Shown here: piece by piece, positions 6,982 through 14,425 of the stretch
Numbering within the stretch: the first letter of the stretch is position 1
Layout of the letters: each line of letters begins with the position of its first letter
The notes under the pieces: model-generated
Told to the model about the DNA's origin: nothing
Database searches by the model: none
Seen by the model: the letters and a program-made list of their open reading frames with translations, nothing else
Position numbers and translations under genes: made by a program
Assembly: GCA_037444665.1 (NCBI GenBank)
Contig: JBBILZ010000056.1
Coordinates: 1 to 14,425 of the forward strand
DNA: 14,425 nucleotides
Source of the DNA: a candidate division WOR-3 bacterium
GTDB taxonomy: Bacteria; Hydrothermota; Tepidihabitantia; SM23-42; JAOAFX01
Direction of reading: 5' to 3'

Positions 6982-7862
6982 AAAATGATCCTCACTTCAG
7001 GTTCAAGACTAACATTCTTCATTTTTTTCACCCTTGCTTTAACGATCTTCATCAGTTTAATCACATCCTGTGCTTTTGCCTGTCCAAGATTAATAATAAA
7101 ATTAGCATGCTTCTCACTTACCATAGCATCACCGATGCGCATGCCTTTTAATCCGCATTCTTCAATCAATTTGCCTGCACTTAATGGCAATGGATTTTTG
7201 AAAAACGAACCTGCTGAATAATTATCAGGTTGTTTTTCCCACCTGATTTTTAAATATTTCTTGATTCTGCTCTGGATAACTCTGCGAGATAATTTTTTCA
7301 TTCGCAGTTCAACTGCCATAATGATTGAATGTTCAGGTATATTGGAATAACGATATGCAAATAGAATTTTCTCCTGCGGAATGATTTTTTTCATTAATTG
7401 GGCATCTAAAATTATCAGCTGTTCTATAAGTTCTGAAATGGCATGACCGAACGCACCTGCATTGCCCTTCACTGCGCCTCCAATTGAGCCCGGAATACCG
7501 GTAAGAAATTCTGCACCACCATAGCCCATTTTCATAGCCTTATTAAGAAAACTTTTAATACTCACACCAGCACCACACAAAAAAACATCTCCGCTATTTT
7601 TGATGCTCCTGAAACTACCCATCAATTTTATCACCACCCCATTAAATCCCCTATCACTGAAAAGAATATTTGTTCCTTCGCCAATAATTAAATATTTCAT
7701 TTTGTATTTTTTGATTATCTTCATTACTGCTAAAAGTGCCTTTTGATTATAGACCTTAATAAAGAATTTAGCATTGCCCCCAATTTTAAAAGATGTATGC
7801 TTTTTTAATGGTTCGTTTCCCATAATTTTTATTCCCTTTATTCCTTTAAAAATTTTTTTCAT
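6978..7862 (-). CDS. murB: UDP-N-acetylenolpyruvoylglucosamine reductase (short, type II-like)
   Basis: HTSFKIGG, GEGTNILFSD, GIPGSIGGAVKGNAGAFG, FAYRYS, SAGSFFKNP, VSEKHANFIIN, LEPEV. Confidence 0.98.
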   Translation of the reverse strand: MKKIFKGIKGIKIMGNEPLKKHTSFKIGGNAKFFIKVYNQKALLAVMKIIKKYKMKYLIIGEGTNILFSDRGFNGVVIKLMGSFRSIKNSGDVFLCGAGVSIKSFLNKAMKMGYGGAEFLTGIPGSIGGAVKGNAGAFGHAISELIEQLIILDAQLMKKIIPQEKILFAYRYSNIPEHSIIMAVELRMKKLSRRVIQSRIKKYLKIRWEKQPDNYSAGSFFKNPLPLSAGKLIEECGLKGMRIGDAMVSEKHANFIINLGQAKAQDVIKLMKIVKARVKKMKNVSLEPEVRIIL

Positions 7863-9232
7863 TTTAATACCCTGAACAATTGCGGAATAATATTATTAAT
7901 ATCACCGGCACCTTGAACAATAACCAAATCATTGGGTTTGGTAAACTTTTTCAAAAATTTCACAATTTCAGAGAAAGATCTGATATAATAGACATTGTCC
8001 TGCTCTTTTCCGATTCTTCTACTCAATGCTTCACCATTGATGCCGGGGATGGGAATTTCATGGGCTCCATATATTTCAGTAACTATTACTGCATTTGCAA
8101 ATATAAATGCACGACTGAACTGGTCAAAGAGATAATAGGTTCTTGTATAACGATGGGGCTGGAATACAGAAATGATTCTTCTATCAGGGAAATATTCTTT
8201 TAGCGTTTGTATCGTAACACTGATTTCAGTTGGATGGTGACCATAATCTTCAAAAATCATCACCCCACCTGCTTTACCACGATATTCCATTCTTCGGTGA
8301 ACACCCTTGAAAGATTTTAATGCTTCCCTGATCTGTTTTATAGAAATTCCCAGCTCCAATCCCACACAGATTCCTGCCAGACTATTTACTACATTGTGGC
8401 GACCAGGGATATTTATCTCAAATCTGCCAAGTATCTTATTGTTCCATAAAACCTTAAAAACCATTCCAAAATTTTTTTGCTCTAAATCATATGCCCTTAA
8501 TTGTGCTTTTTCGTTCAATCCATACATTATTACCTTTCTTTTAATACGGTCTTTTATATTTAAATTGCTCTGCGAATCAGCCCCAAGAAAAACACAACCC
8601 CAGAAAGGCACATGATTTGCAAAATATATAAAATTCTCTTCAATTTCATTTAAGTTTTTATAATATTCAAGGTGTTCCGGCTCAATATTCGTAATCACCG
8701 CATATGAAGGTAAAAGACGCAAAAAAGATTTATCCGATTCATCTGCTTCACAAACCAGATAATTACCACGACCATATTTTGCCTGACTCTTTCCTTTTAC
8801 GATTCCCCCAATTATAACTGTTGGTTCAAATCCACCCTTCTGTAAAATTTCGCCTATTAAAGAAGAAGTTGTGGTCTTGCCATGCGTACCTGAAATGCAA
8901 ATTGAATTTTTGATACGCGTCAATTCCGCAAGAAGTTCGCTTCTGTGAATCACCTGTATTCCAAGTCTTTTTGCCTCAGTAATTTCAATATTGTTTTCTT
9001 TTACTGCAGTTGAATAGACCACCACATCTGCACCTGCTACATTTTCCTTACTGTGTCCTATTTTAACACGAATTCCTGCTTCCTTTAATTTTTCTATTAC
9101 TGGTGAATTTTTTAGGTCCGAGCCTGAAATTTTAAAATCAAGATTATTAAATATTAATGCCAGCCCGCTCATACCAATGCCACCAATACCAACAAAATGG
9201 ATTTTGCTTGTTCTACCTAAAAAATGTTTCAT
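7859..9232 (-). CDS. murC: UDP-N-acetylmuramate--L-alanine ligase
   Basis: HFVGIGGIGMSGLA, SGSD, GTHGKTTTS, EADESD, DYGHHPTEI, FQPHRYTRT. Confidence 0.98.
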   Translation of the reverse strand: MKHFLGRTSKIHFVGIGGIGMSGLALIFNNLDFKISGSDLKNSPVIEKLKEAGIRVKIGHSKENVAGADVVVYSTAVKENNIEITEAKRLGIQVIHRSELLAELTRIKNSICISGTHGKTTTSSLIGEILQKGGFEPTVIIGGIVKGKSQAKYGRGNYLVCEADESDKSFLRLLPSYAVITNIEPEHLEYYKNLNEIEENFIYFANHVPFWGCVFLGADSQSNLNIKDRIKRKVIMYGLNEKAQLRAYDLEQKNFGMVFKVLWNNKILGRFEINIPGRHNVVNSLAGICVGLELGISIKQIREALKSFKGVHRRMEYRGKAGGVMIFEDYGHHPTEISVTIQTLKEYFPDRRIISVFQPHRYTRTYYLFDQFSRAFIFANAVIVTEIYGAHEIPIPGINGEALSRRIGKEQDNVYYIRSFSEIVKFLKKFTKPNDLVIVQGAGDINNIIPQLFRVLK

Positions 9233-10254
9233 TGCATTTCCTTTATTACTGTATTAACAATTATTTCTTCGGCATTGAGAACAAGTTTATAATCCTGTGT
9301 TCTGTTAAATTTATCAGCACGCATTAATTCTCTGATCGTTTCTAATAAAAGATTCACATTCAGGTTGTGTTCCAGCGCCATCCTTACATTGGGCATTTGA
9401 GCAAAATACTCGGCATTATAGTATTGGTGATTATCCACGGCAAAAGGAAAAGGAATAAAGAGAACAGGTTTTTTCATAATCATTAATTCATAGCCACTAA
9501 GTGCACCGGCACGAGAAATAACAACATCAGCCTGACTGATAATTTCCCAGGGCTTGGTAGTAAATGGTATGACTTCCGTACGCGCATCTTTATTTTTATT
9601 CACCCATTCAAAATCTCGCCTGCCACTAATGACCATAATTTTATAGTCCTGTGGCAGAATATTCTGAAGTTTTATTGCCCATTCATTAAGTCTTCTGGCA
9701 CCCTGACTTCCACCTAAAAAGAGCACAATCTTTTTATTAGCTCTACCGATGTTAAATTTTTTAAATTCTCCTCGTACCGGAATACCAGTAATCATTGTAT
9801 TACCTTTCATCTTTACTTTACTGGGCATACCAAGAAAGACCTTGGCCGCTCTTCGGGCAAATAATTTTGTGGTTCTACCCGGAATCCGATTAGGCTCAAA
9901 AAGATAAAATGGCCTACGTTTTAGTATACAGGACAAAATCAATGGCAAAGAACCAAATCCACCAAATGAAATGCCAACACCATTTTTTATTATCGTATCC
10001 AATTTAGCAACTGATTCGATGACCTTTACCAGAGCAGTAAACTTATTAATCAGTGATTTACCATAATAGGGCCTGGGTGCTATATTAAAGGTGTTCAAAT
10101 TGTATTCCTGAGCGATTTTTTCTTCAGGGTATCCACGCCGTACTAAAAATATTACTTCACAATTGTATTTCATAAACTCTTTTGCCACAACCACTGCTGG
10201 AAAATAGTGACCACCAGTACCTATACCCGAAATAATTACGAGCAATTTACCCAT
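9229..10254 (-). CDS. murG: Lipid I N-acetylglucosaminyltransferase MurG (divergent)
   Basis: GTGGHYFP, G.PVR, GGSQGA, ADVVISRAGA...E, PFPFAVDNHQYYNA; lies between ftsW and murC. Confidence 0.95.
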   Translation of the reverse strand: MGKLLVIISGIGTGGHYFPAVVVAKEFMKYNCEVIFLVRRGYPEEKIAQEYNLNTFNIAPRPYYGKSLINKFTALVKVIESVAKLDTIIKNGVGISFGGFGSLPLILSCILKRRPFYLFEPNRIPGRTTKLFARRAAKVFLGMPSKVKMKGNTMITGIPVRGEFKKFNIGRANKKIVLFLGGSQGARRLNEWAIKLQNILPQDYKIMVISGRRDFEWVNKNKDARTEVIPFTTKPWEIISQADVVISRAGALSGYELMIMKKPVLFIPFPFAVDNHQYYNAEYFAQMPNVRMALEHNLNVNLLLETIRELMRADKFNRTQDYKLVLNAEEIIVNTVIKEMQ

Positions 10255-10258
10255 TTCC

Positions 10259-11320
10259 TTACCTCAATTTTGAAATCTGCATAATTAAACCTACCGCAAA
10301 AAGATTAGCACAAAGCGACCATCCGCCATAAGATATAAATGGTAAAGGTATCCCTGTTGGCGGTAGCAAGCCAATGCTCACGCCAACATGAACCAAAAAT
10401 ATAACGAATATTGAAACATTCAGACCCAGAACAACCAAACGAGCAAACTCGTCATTCACTGCCTGAGCAATAGATAATCCGCGTAAGAAAATTTCCCAGT
10501 ACAGTATAAAAATTAATAGACTGCCAATAAAACCGGATTCCTCTGCAATATGAGCAAAAATAAAATCATTATGGATGCGCGGTAAGAACAGAAATTTCTG
10601 GATGCCTGCACCAAGTCCCCTTCCCAATGGTCCACCTCCACCAATGGCAAGTAATGACTGTTGAACCTGATATGTGGGGTGGCTGATAAAACTAAACAGA
10701 CGGACACGGACATGAGGAAAAACAGCAACCGCAATTATAAATAGTATTATACCCGTTATGAATATTGGAGCCAAAAATTTAATTTTAACTTCACTGTAGA
10801 TTAACATACTAACCAGCACTGCGAAAGAAATTATTGCTACTGAAATTGAAGGTTGAACTGCGACCAAAATAATTAATGACAATGGTAGTAATGTCGCAAT
10901 TATCACGCCATTTTTATTACTGGCAGTATCAGGATGGTTCGTAAAGAAGTTTGCAAGAAAGAAGACAATCCAGATGCGCACAAATTCTGATATCTGCACA
11001 CCAAACGAAGAAATCAACAAACTTCTTTTTGCACCATACTGTATTCGTCCCAGTATCAATGTAAAGATTAGCATTAATATAATAAAAATAAAAGTGGGTA
11101 ATATCCATTTTTTAATCTTTTCGTATGGTACAAAAAGTCCAATAAAGAAAAAGATAATTGCGACGGAAATTCTTTTAATATGACCAAGCAGGTAATATAA
11201 AGAATTAACCCCTTCTCGCATTGCCTGATAATAGGATGAAGAGAAAACAAATATTGAACCGAGCAGCAATAACACAAAGACCGTTACCAGAAGCGTTTTA
11301 TCAATGCTTAAGGACACCAT
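10259..11320 (-). CDS. ftsW: SEDS-family peptidoglycan polymerase FtsW (divergent), ~353 aa
   Basis: Multi-TM protein; YQVQQSLLAIGGGG..GRGLGAGIQK..FLP..HNDFIFA.IAEE.G; P.TGIPLPFISYGG; lies between murD and murG. Start most plausibly ATG 11320 (MVSLSIDK; 20-nt overlap with murD, GAGGAG upstream); exact start uncertain. Confidence 0.92.
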   Translation of the reverse strand: MVSLSIDKTLLVTVFVLLLLGSIFVFSSSYYQAMREGVNSLYYLLGHIKRISVAIIFFFIGLFVPYEKIKKWILPTFIFIILMLIFTLILGRIQYGAKRSLLISSFGVQISEFVRIWIVFFLANFFTNHPDTASNKNGVIIATLLPLSLIILVAVQPSISVAIISFAVLVSMLIYSEVKIKFLAPIFITGIILFIIAVAVFPHVRVRLFSFISHPTYQVQQSLLAIGGGGPLGRGLGAGIQKFLFLPRIHNDFIFAHIAEESGFIGSLLIFILYWEIFLRGLSIAQAVNDEFARLVVLGLNVSIFVIFLVHVGVSIGLLPPTGIPLPFISYGGWSLCANLFAVGLIMQISKLR

Positions 11321-12602
11321 TTCTAAATGCCTCTCCTCTTTCTTGAAAATCTCTAAAATGCCCGAATGATGCAAAACCTGGATTTAATAGAATCGCATCC
11401 CCGGACCGGGCAAATTTTCGCGCCTCAATTATTGCCTCGTCCATATTTTGGGCAATAGTGTAATTATTATAGTGATACTTCTTTAAGTATTGAGCAATCT
11501 GCTCTGCATTTTCACCTAAAATTACAATCCCCCTGGCTTTTTTTATCAATAGTTTTAGATAATTCTGGCAGTGATCACCCTTTTCCCGACCACCAATAAT
11601 CACAATTTTGTTGCCGGGTACAGCCTGGAATGATGCGATAGCTGAGGCTTCATTAGTGCTCATAGAATTATTAATATAACGGACACCACGAATCACCGCC
11701 ACCTGTTCAAGGCGGTGGGGCAAAGATTTTATAGTTTTTATACCTTTCTTTATGTCATGCACGGCAATATTCAGTATTCTGGCGACAGCAATTGCTGCGA
11801 GGGTATTAAATTGATTGTGCATACCTAACAATGGAATCTTCTCAGCAGCGATTATTTTTTCACTCTGATAGTGTAGCATCCCATCAAGCCAGGCATCATA
11901 ATAGCGCTTTTTACCAAAATAAATGATCCGGGCATTTATCTCAGGAACAATCAGACCAGTATTCTGGTCATCACCATTGATCACCGCATAATCATCTTCG
12001 GTCTGATTCATAAAAATCTTTTTCTTTGCAGCAATATATTCTTTCAAATTACGATGCCAGTTTAAATGGTCAACACTGATGTTCGTTAATACAGATATGT
12101 ACGGACGGAAATTCTTTATCCGCATCAATTGGAAAGATGACATCTCAAGCACATAATACTGGTAAGGTTTCCGGTGCAAGGCAGCAGAGAATGGTTTACC
12201 CGGCGCAATATTGCCACCTAAAAAATTTTTTATCTTCCCGGCAGTTAAAATATTGCTGATAAGTGCAGCAGTTGTGCTCTTTCCATTTGTACCAGTTATC
12301 GCAATAACCTGAGGATTTTTTAAATTTCTATATGTAAACTCTGTTTCATCAATCAGCTCAATACCCTGTTTGCGAATATGACCAATGATGGGTTTTGATT
12401 CAGGAAAACCAGGCGAACAGACAGCGAGGTCATAACGAATATCCTTGAACTTTTTTATATTACCCATCTTTATCATTTTTTTCGCATCCTCGGTTAAACC
12501 CATCATATTCTCTTCATAAAGATAAATATCAAAGCCTTTTTTTATAAGATATTTTGCCACAAATAGATTCGCACGCCCCAACCCCAAAAGCAATACTTTC
12601 AT
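11301..12602 (-). CDS. murD: UDP-N-acetylmuramoyl-L-alanine--D-glutamate ligase (divergent)
   Basis: GLG, SPG, ITGTNGKSTT, GGNI, VLEMSSFQL, LPHRLE, GG..KG, PGFASF..F.DF.ERG..F. Confidence 0.95.
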   Translation of the reverse strand: MKVLLLGLGRANLFVAKYLIKKGFDIYLYEENMMGLTEDAKKMIKMGNIKKFKDIRYDLAVCSPGFPESKPIIGHIRKQGIELIDETEFTYRNLKNPQVIAITGTNGKSTTAALISNILTAGKIKNFLGGNIAPGKPFSAALHRKPYQYYVLEMSSFQLMRIKNFRPYISVLTNISVDHLNWHRNLKEYIAAKKKIFMNQTEDDYAVINGDDQNTGLIVPEINARIIYFGKKRYYDAWLDGMLHYQSEKIIAAEKIPLLGMHNQFNTLAAIAVARILNIAVHDIKKGIKTIKSLPHRLEQVAVIRGVRYINNSMSTNEASAIASFQAVPGNKIVIIGGREKGDHCQNYLKLLIKKARGIVILGENAEQIAQYLKKYHYNNYTIAQNMDEAIIEARKFARSGDAILLNPGFASFGHFRDFQERGEAFRNGVLKH

Positions 12603-13684
12603 CTTATCTTAAGCGTTGAAAGAGCAATCATTAAAAATATTATTCCAATAATCCAGAAGCGCACAACAATCTTAGGTTCTGCCAGCCCTTTAAGTTCATA
12701 ATGATGATGAAGGGGTGCCATTAAAAACAATCGTTTTCCTTTAGTTCTGCGGAAATAGATAATCTGCAGTATGACAGAAATAACCTCAATTACAAACACT
12801 CCGCCAATAAAAATCAATAAAAATTCATGCTTAATTAAAACTGCAACTGCGCCGAGAATTGCACCCAGGCTCAATGAACCAGTATCACCCATAAAAATCT
12901 GGGCAGGGTAAGTATTGAACCATAAGAAACCCAATCCCGCGCCAACGAGTGCTGCGCAGAAAACAGAGACCTCACCACCATTTTTGATGAAAATTATATT
13001 TAAATAGTGGCTGATTCCGCTATGCCCGCTTGCATAGGATAAGGCAGCGTATGCGAGCGCACTGATACCAAGTAAGCCAATGGCAAGACCATCAAGTCCA
13101 TCTGTAAGGTTTACTCCATTGGAAGCACCAACCATTACCAGAGCAACAAATAATGGGTATAAGATTCCAAAATTTATAACATAATTTTTTAAGAATATAA
13201 GATTCGTTTTTGTCGCATAACCATCAGGACCATAAAAATATAGATATAAACCTAATGCCAGACCAAAGATTATCTGGAATAACAATTTCATTTTTATTGA
13301 TAATCCTCTTGGTTTGTTTCTAAAAATCTTAATATAATCATCTATAAATCCAAGCGCACCAAACCACAATGTAGCAAGAATTAAAATGATAATATTGGGA
13401 TTTGTTAGATCGGCGAAAAGGAGTGCGGAGATAAGAAGTGAAATAAGTATCAATAACCCTCCCATTGAAGGTGTCCCCGCTTTCGTGTGGTGATATTTTG
13501 GCACTTCTTCTCTAATCTTCTGGGTAACCGCTCTCTTTTTTAGAAGATTCACAAACCAATTACCAATTAGAAGTACAATCAATATTGAGACTACAGTAGC
13601 ATATGCTGCCCGGAAAGTAATATAGCCAAAGAGGCGGAAAGGACCAAAAATATCTTTTAATGGATAGAGCAGTAGATATAGCAT
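12599..13684 (-). CDS. mraY: Phospho-N-acetylmuramoyl-pentapeptide transferase
   Basis: KAGTPSMGG, GFIDDY, NGVNLTDGLDGL, IFMGDTGSL, APLHHHYE. Confidence 0.99.
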   Translation of the reverse strand: MLYLLLYPLKDIFGPFRLFGYITFRAAYATVVSILIVLLIGNWFVNLLKKRAVTQKIREEVPKYHHTKAGTPSMGGLLILISLLISALLFADLTNPNIIILILATLWFGALGFIDDYIKIFRNKPRGLSIKMKLLFQIIFGLALGLYLYFYGPDGYATKTNLIFLKNYVINFGILYPLFVALVMVGASNGVNLTDGLDGLAIGLLGISALAYAALSYASGHSGISHYLNIIFIKNGGEVSVFCAALVGAGLGFLWFNTYPAQIFMGDTGSLSLGAILGAVAVLIKHEFLLIFIGGVFVIEVISVILQIIYFRRTKGKRLFLMAPLHHHYELKGLAEPKIVVRFWIIGIIFLMIALSTLKIR

Positions 13685-14425
13685 CTATAACCTCTTTAAC
13701 AGTCTTCTAACAATTTCTTCAAATTTCATTGCCCGTGAAGCCTTTACAAGGATCACTTCGTCACCATTTAAGTGTTGACACAGATAATCCACAAGTTTAT
13801 CTTTATCAGTAAAGTGAATGCCACCATATAATTCTGCATGCTGCCCGAGTGTAAGCAATAAATCACAATGTTCCTGTGCATATTTACCTGTTTCACGATG
13901 GTATTTTTCTGATTCTTTACCTAATTCAAGCATATCGCCCAGAACCAGGATTTTTTTACGATTAAGAGTGAATACAAAATCTATTGCTGAATGCATAGAA
14001 ATAGGATTTGCATTATATGTATCATTTATGATTAGCAAATCATTATATCTTATCGGCTCCATTCTCCCAGGCTCGGGATTAATCATTGCTAAAGCATACT
14101 GCTGCTCCGCAACACCAATCTGAAGTTTGTCAGTAAGAGCCAATGCAATCAAGCAATTGTAAACATTATTTAAACCAAGAAGGGGTGTGAAGAATTCATT
14201 ACCCCGATAACAAAAAGCTGACCCACCTTCTCCGCTCCTAATATCTTTTGCATCCTGCAGTGAGATGCGAAATATATTCTTTTTGTTTACTCCATCAATA
14301 TTTGCACCAATAATACCAAAACCATTATCAGGTAGAGATTCAATTAGTGCCATCTTCTCTTTCTTAACTCCTTCAATTGAACCGAGCCCCTTTATATGGC
14401 CGGGTCCGATATTGGTAATAATTCC
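13685..14425 (-). CDS. murF: UDP-N-acetylmuramoyl-tripeptide--D-Ala-D-Ala ligase, C-terminal part (5'-truncated)
   Basis: Frame is open to the window edge (GIITNIGPGHIKGLGSIEGVKKEK before the track's Met). PGRME, INDTYNANP.SM, VLGDMLELG, VKASR. TAG abuts the mraY ATG. Confidence 0.95.
   Translation of the reverse strand, partial: GIITNIGPGHIKGLGSIEGVKKEKMALIESLPDNGFGIIGANIDGVNKKNIFRISLQDAKDIRSGEGGSAFCYRGNEFFTPLLGLNNVYNCLIALALTDKLQIGVAEQQYALAMINPEPGRMEPIRYNDLLIINDTYNANPISMHSAIDFVFTLNRKKILVLGDMLELGKESEKYHRETGKYAQEHCDLLLTLGQHAELYGGIHFTDKDKLVDYLCQHLNGDEVILVKASRAMKFEEIVRRLLKRL

Noticed and set aside
8230..8700. MurC D->E changes (EPEHLEYY, FEDYGHHP)
   Set aside because: Conservative substitutions with all other motifs intact.
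10259..11320. RodA or a pseudogene rather than FtsW
   Set aside because: The murD-X-murG position is the ftsW slot; the frame is intact and the catalytic Asp is present.
4176..11374. Longer starts in the track for trxB (4202), ftsZ (5359), ftsA (6594) and ftsW (11374)
   Set aside because: The first three extensions translate through the SD of a better downstream ATG; the ftsW extension overlaps the conserved MurD C-terminus.
238..14123. Short antisense or alternate-frame ORFs in the track (e.g. 238-474, 604-885, 3270-3578, 4941-5165, 7880-8203, 8307-8615, 10513-10734, 13818-14123)
   Set aside because: All lie essentially within conserved genes, many are the codon-mirror frame, and none has recognisable motifs.
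1..14425. CRISPR arrays, tRNA/rRNA, riboswitches, IS or prophage elements
   Set aside because: The window is almost fully coding, the largest spacers are 56-87 bp, and no repeat arrays, cloverleafs, transposases or integrases were seen.

Overview
AT-rich bacterial housekeeping region with no CRISPR, RNA gene or mobile element visible. The 3' part of rpoC (+, truncated at the window start) converges, with only 8 bp between stop codons, on a long minus-strand run: murF (truncated)-mraY-murD-ftsW-murG-murC-murB-[101-aa ftsQ-like]-ftsA-ftsZ-trxB-like-AI-2E transporter. RpoC signatures tentatively suggest an FCB-associated or candidate-phylum lineage (inference). The gene content is ordinary; the interest is in the details. 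These are a miniature FtsQ without a POTRA domain, an unannotated coupled 35-aa ORF between ftsQ and ftsA, motif-level divergence in FtsW, MurG, MurD and the FtsZ GTP pocket (MraY, MurB and FtsA stay canonical), a duplicated FtsZ C-terminal peptide, a thioredoxin reductase with an AhpF/NADH-type cofactor site, and a probable leaderless promoter. All family calls are from motif recognition by eye; no searches were run.
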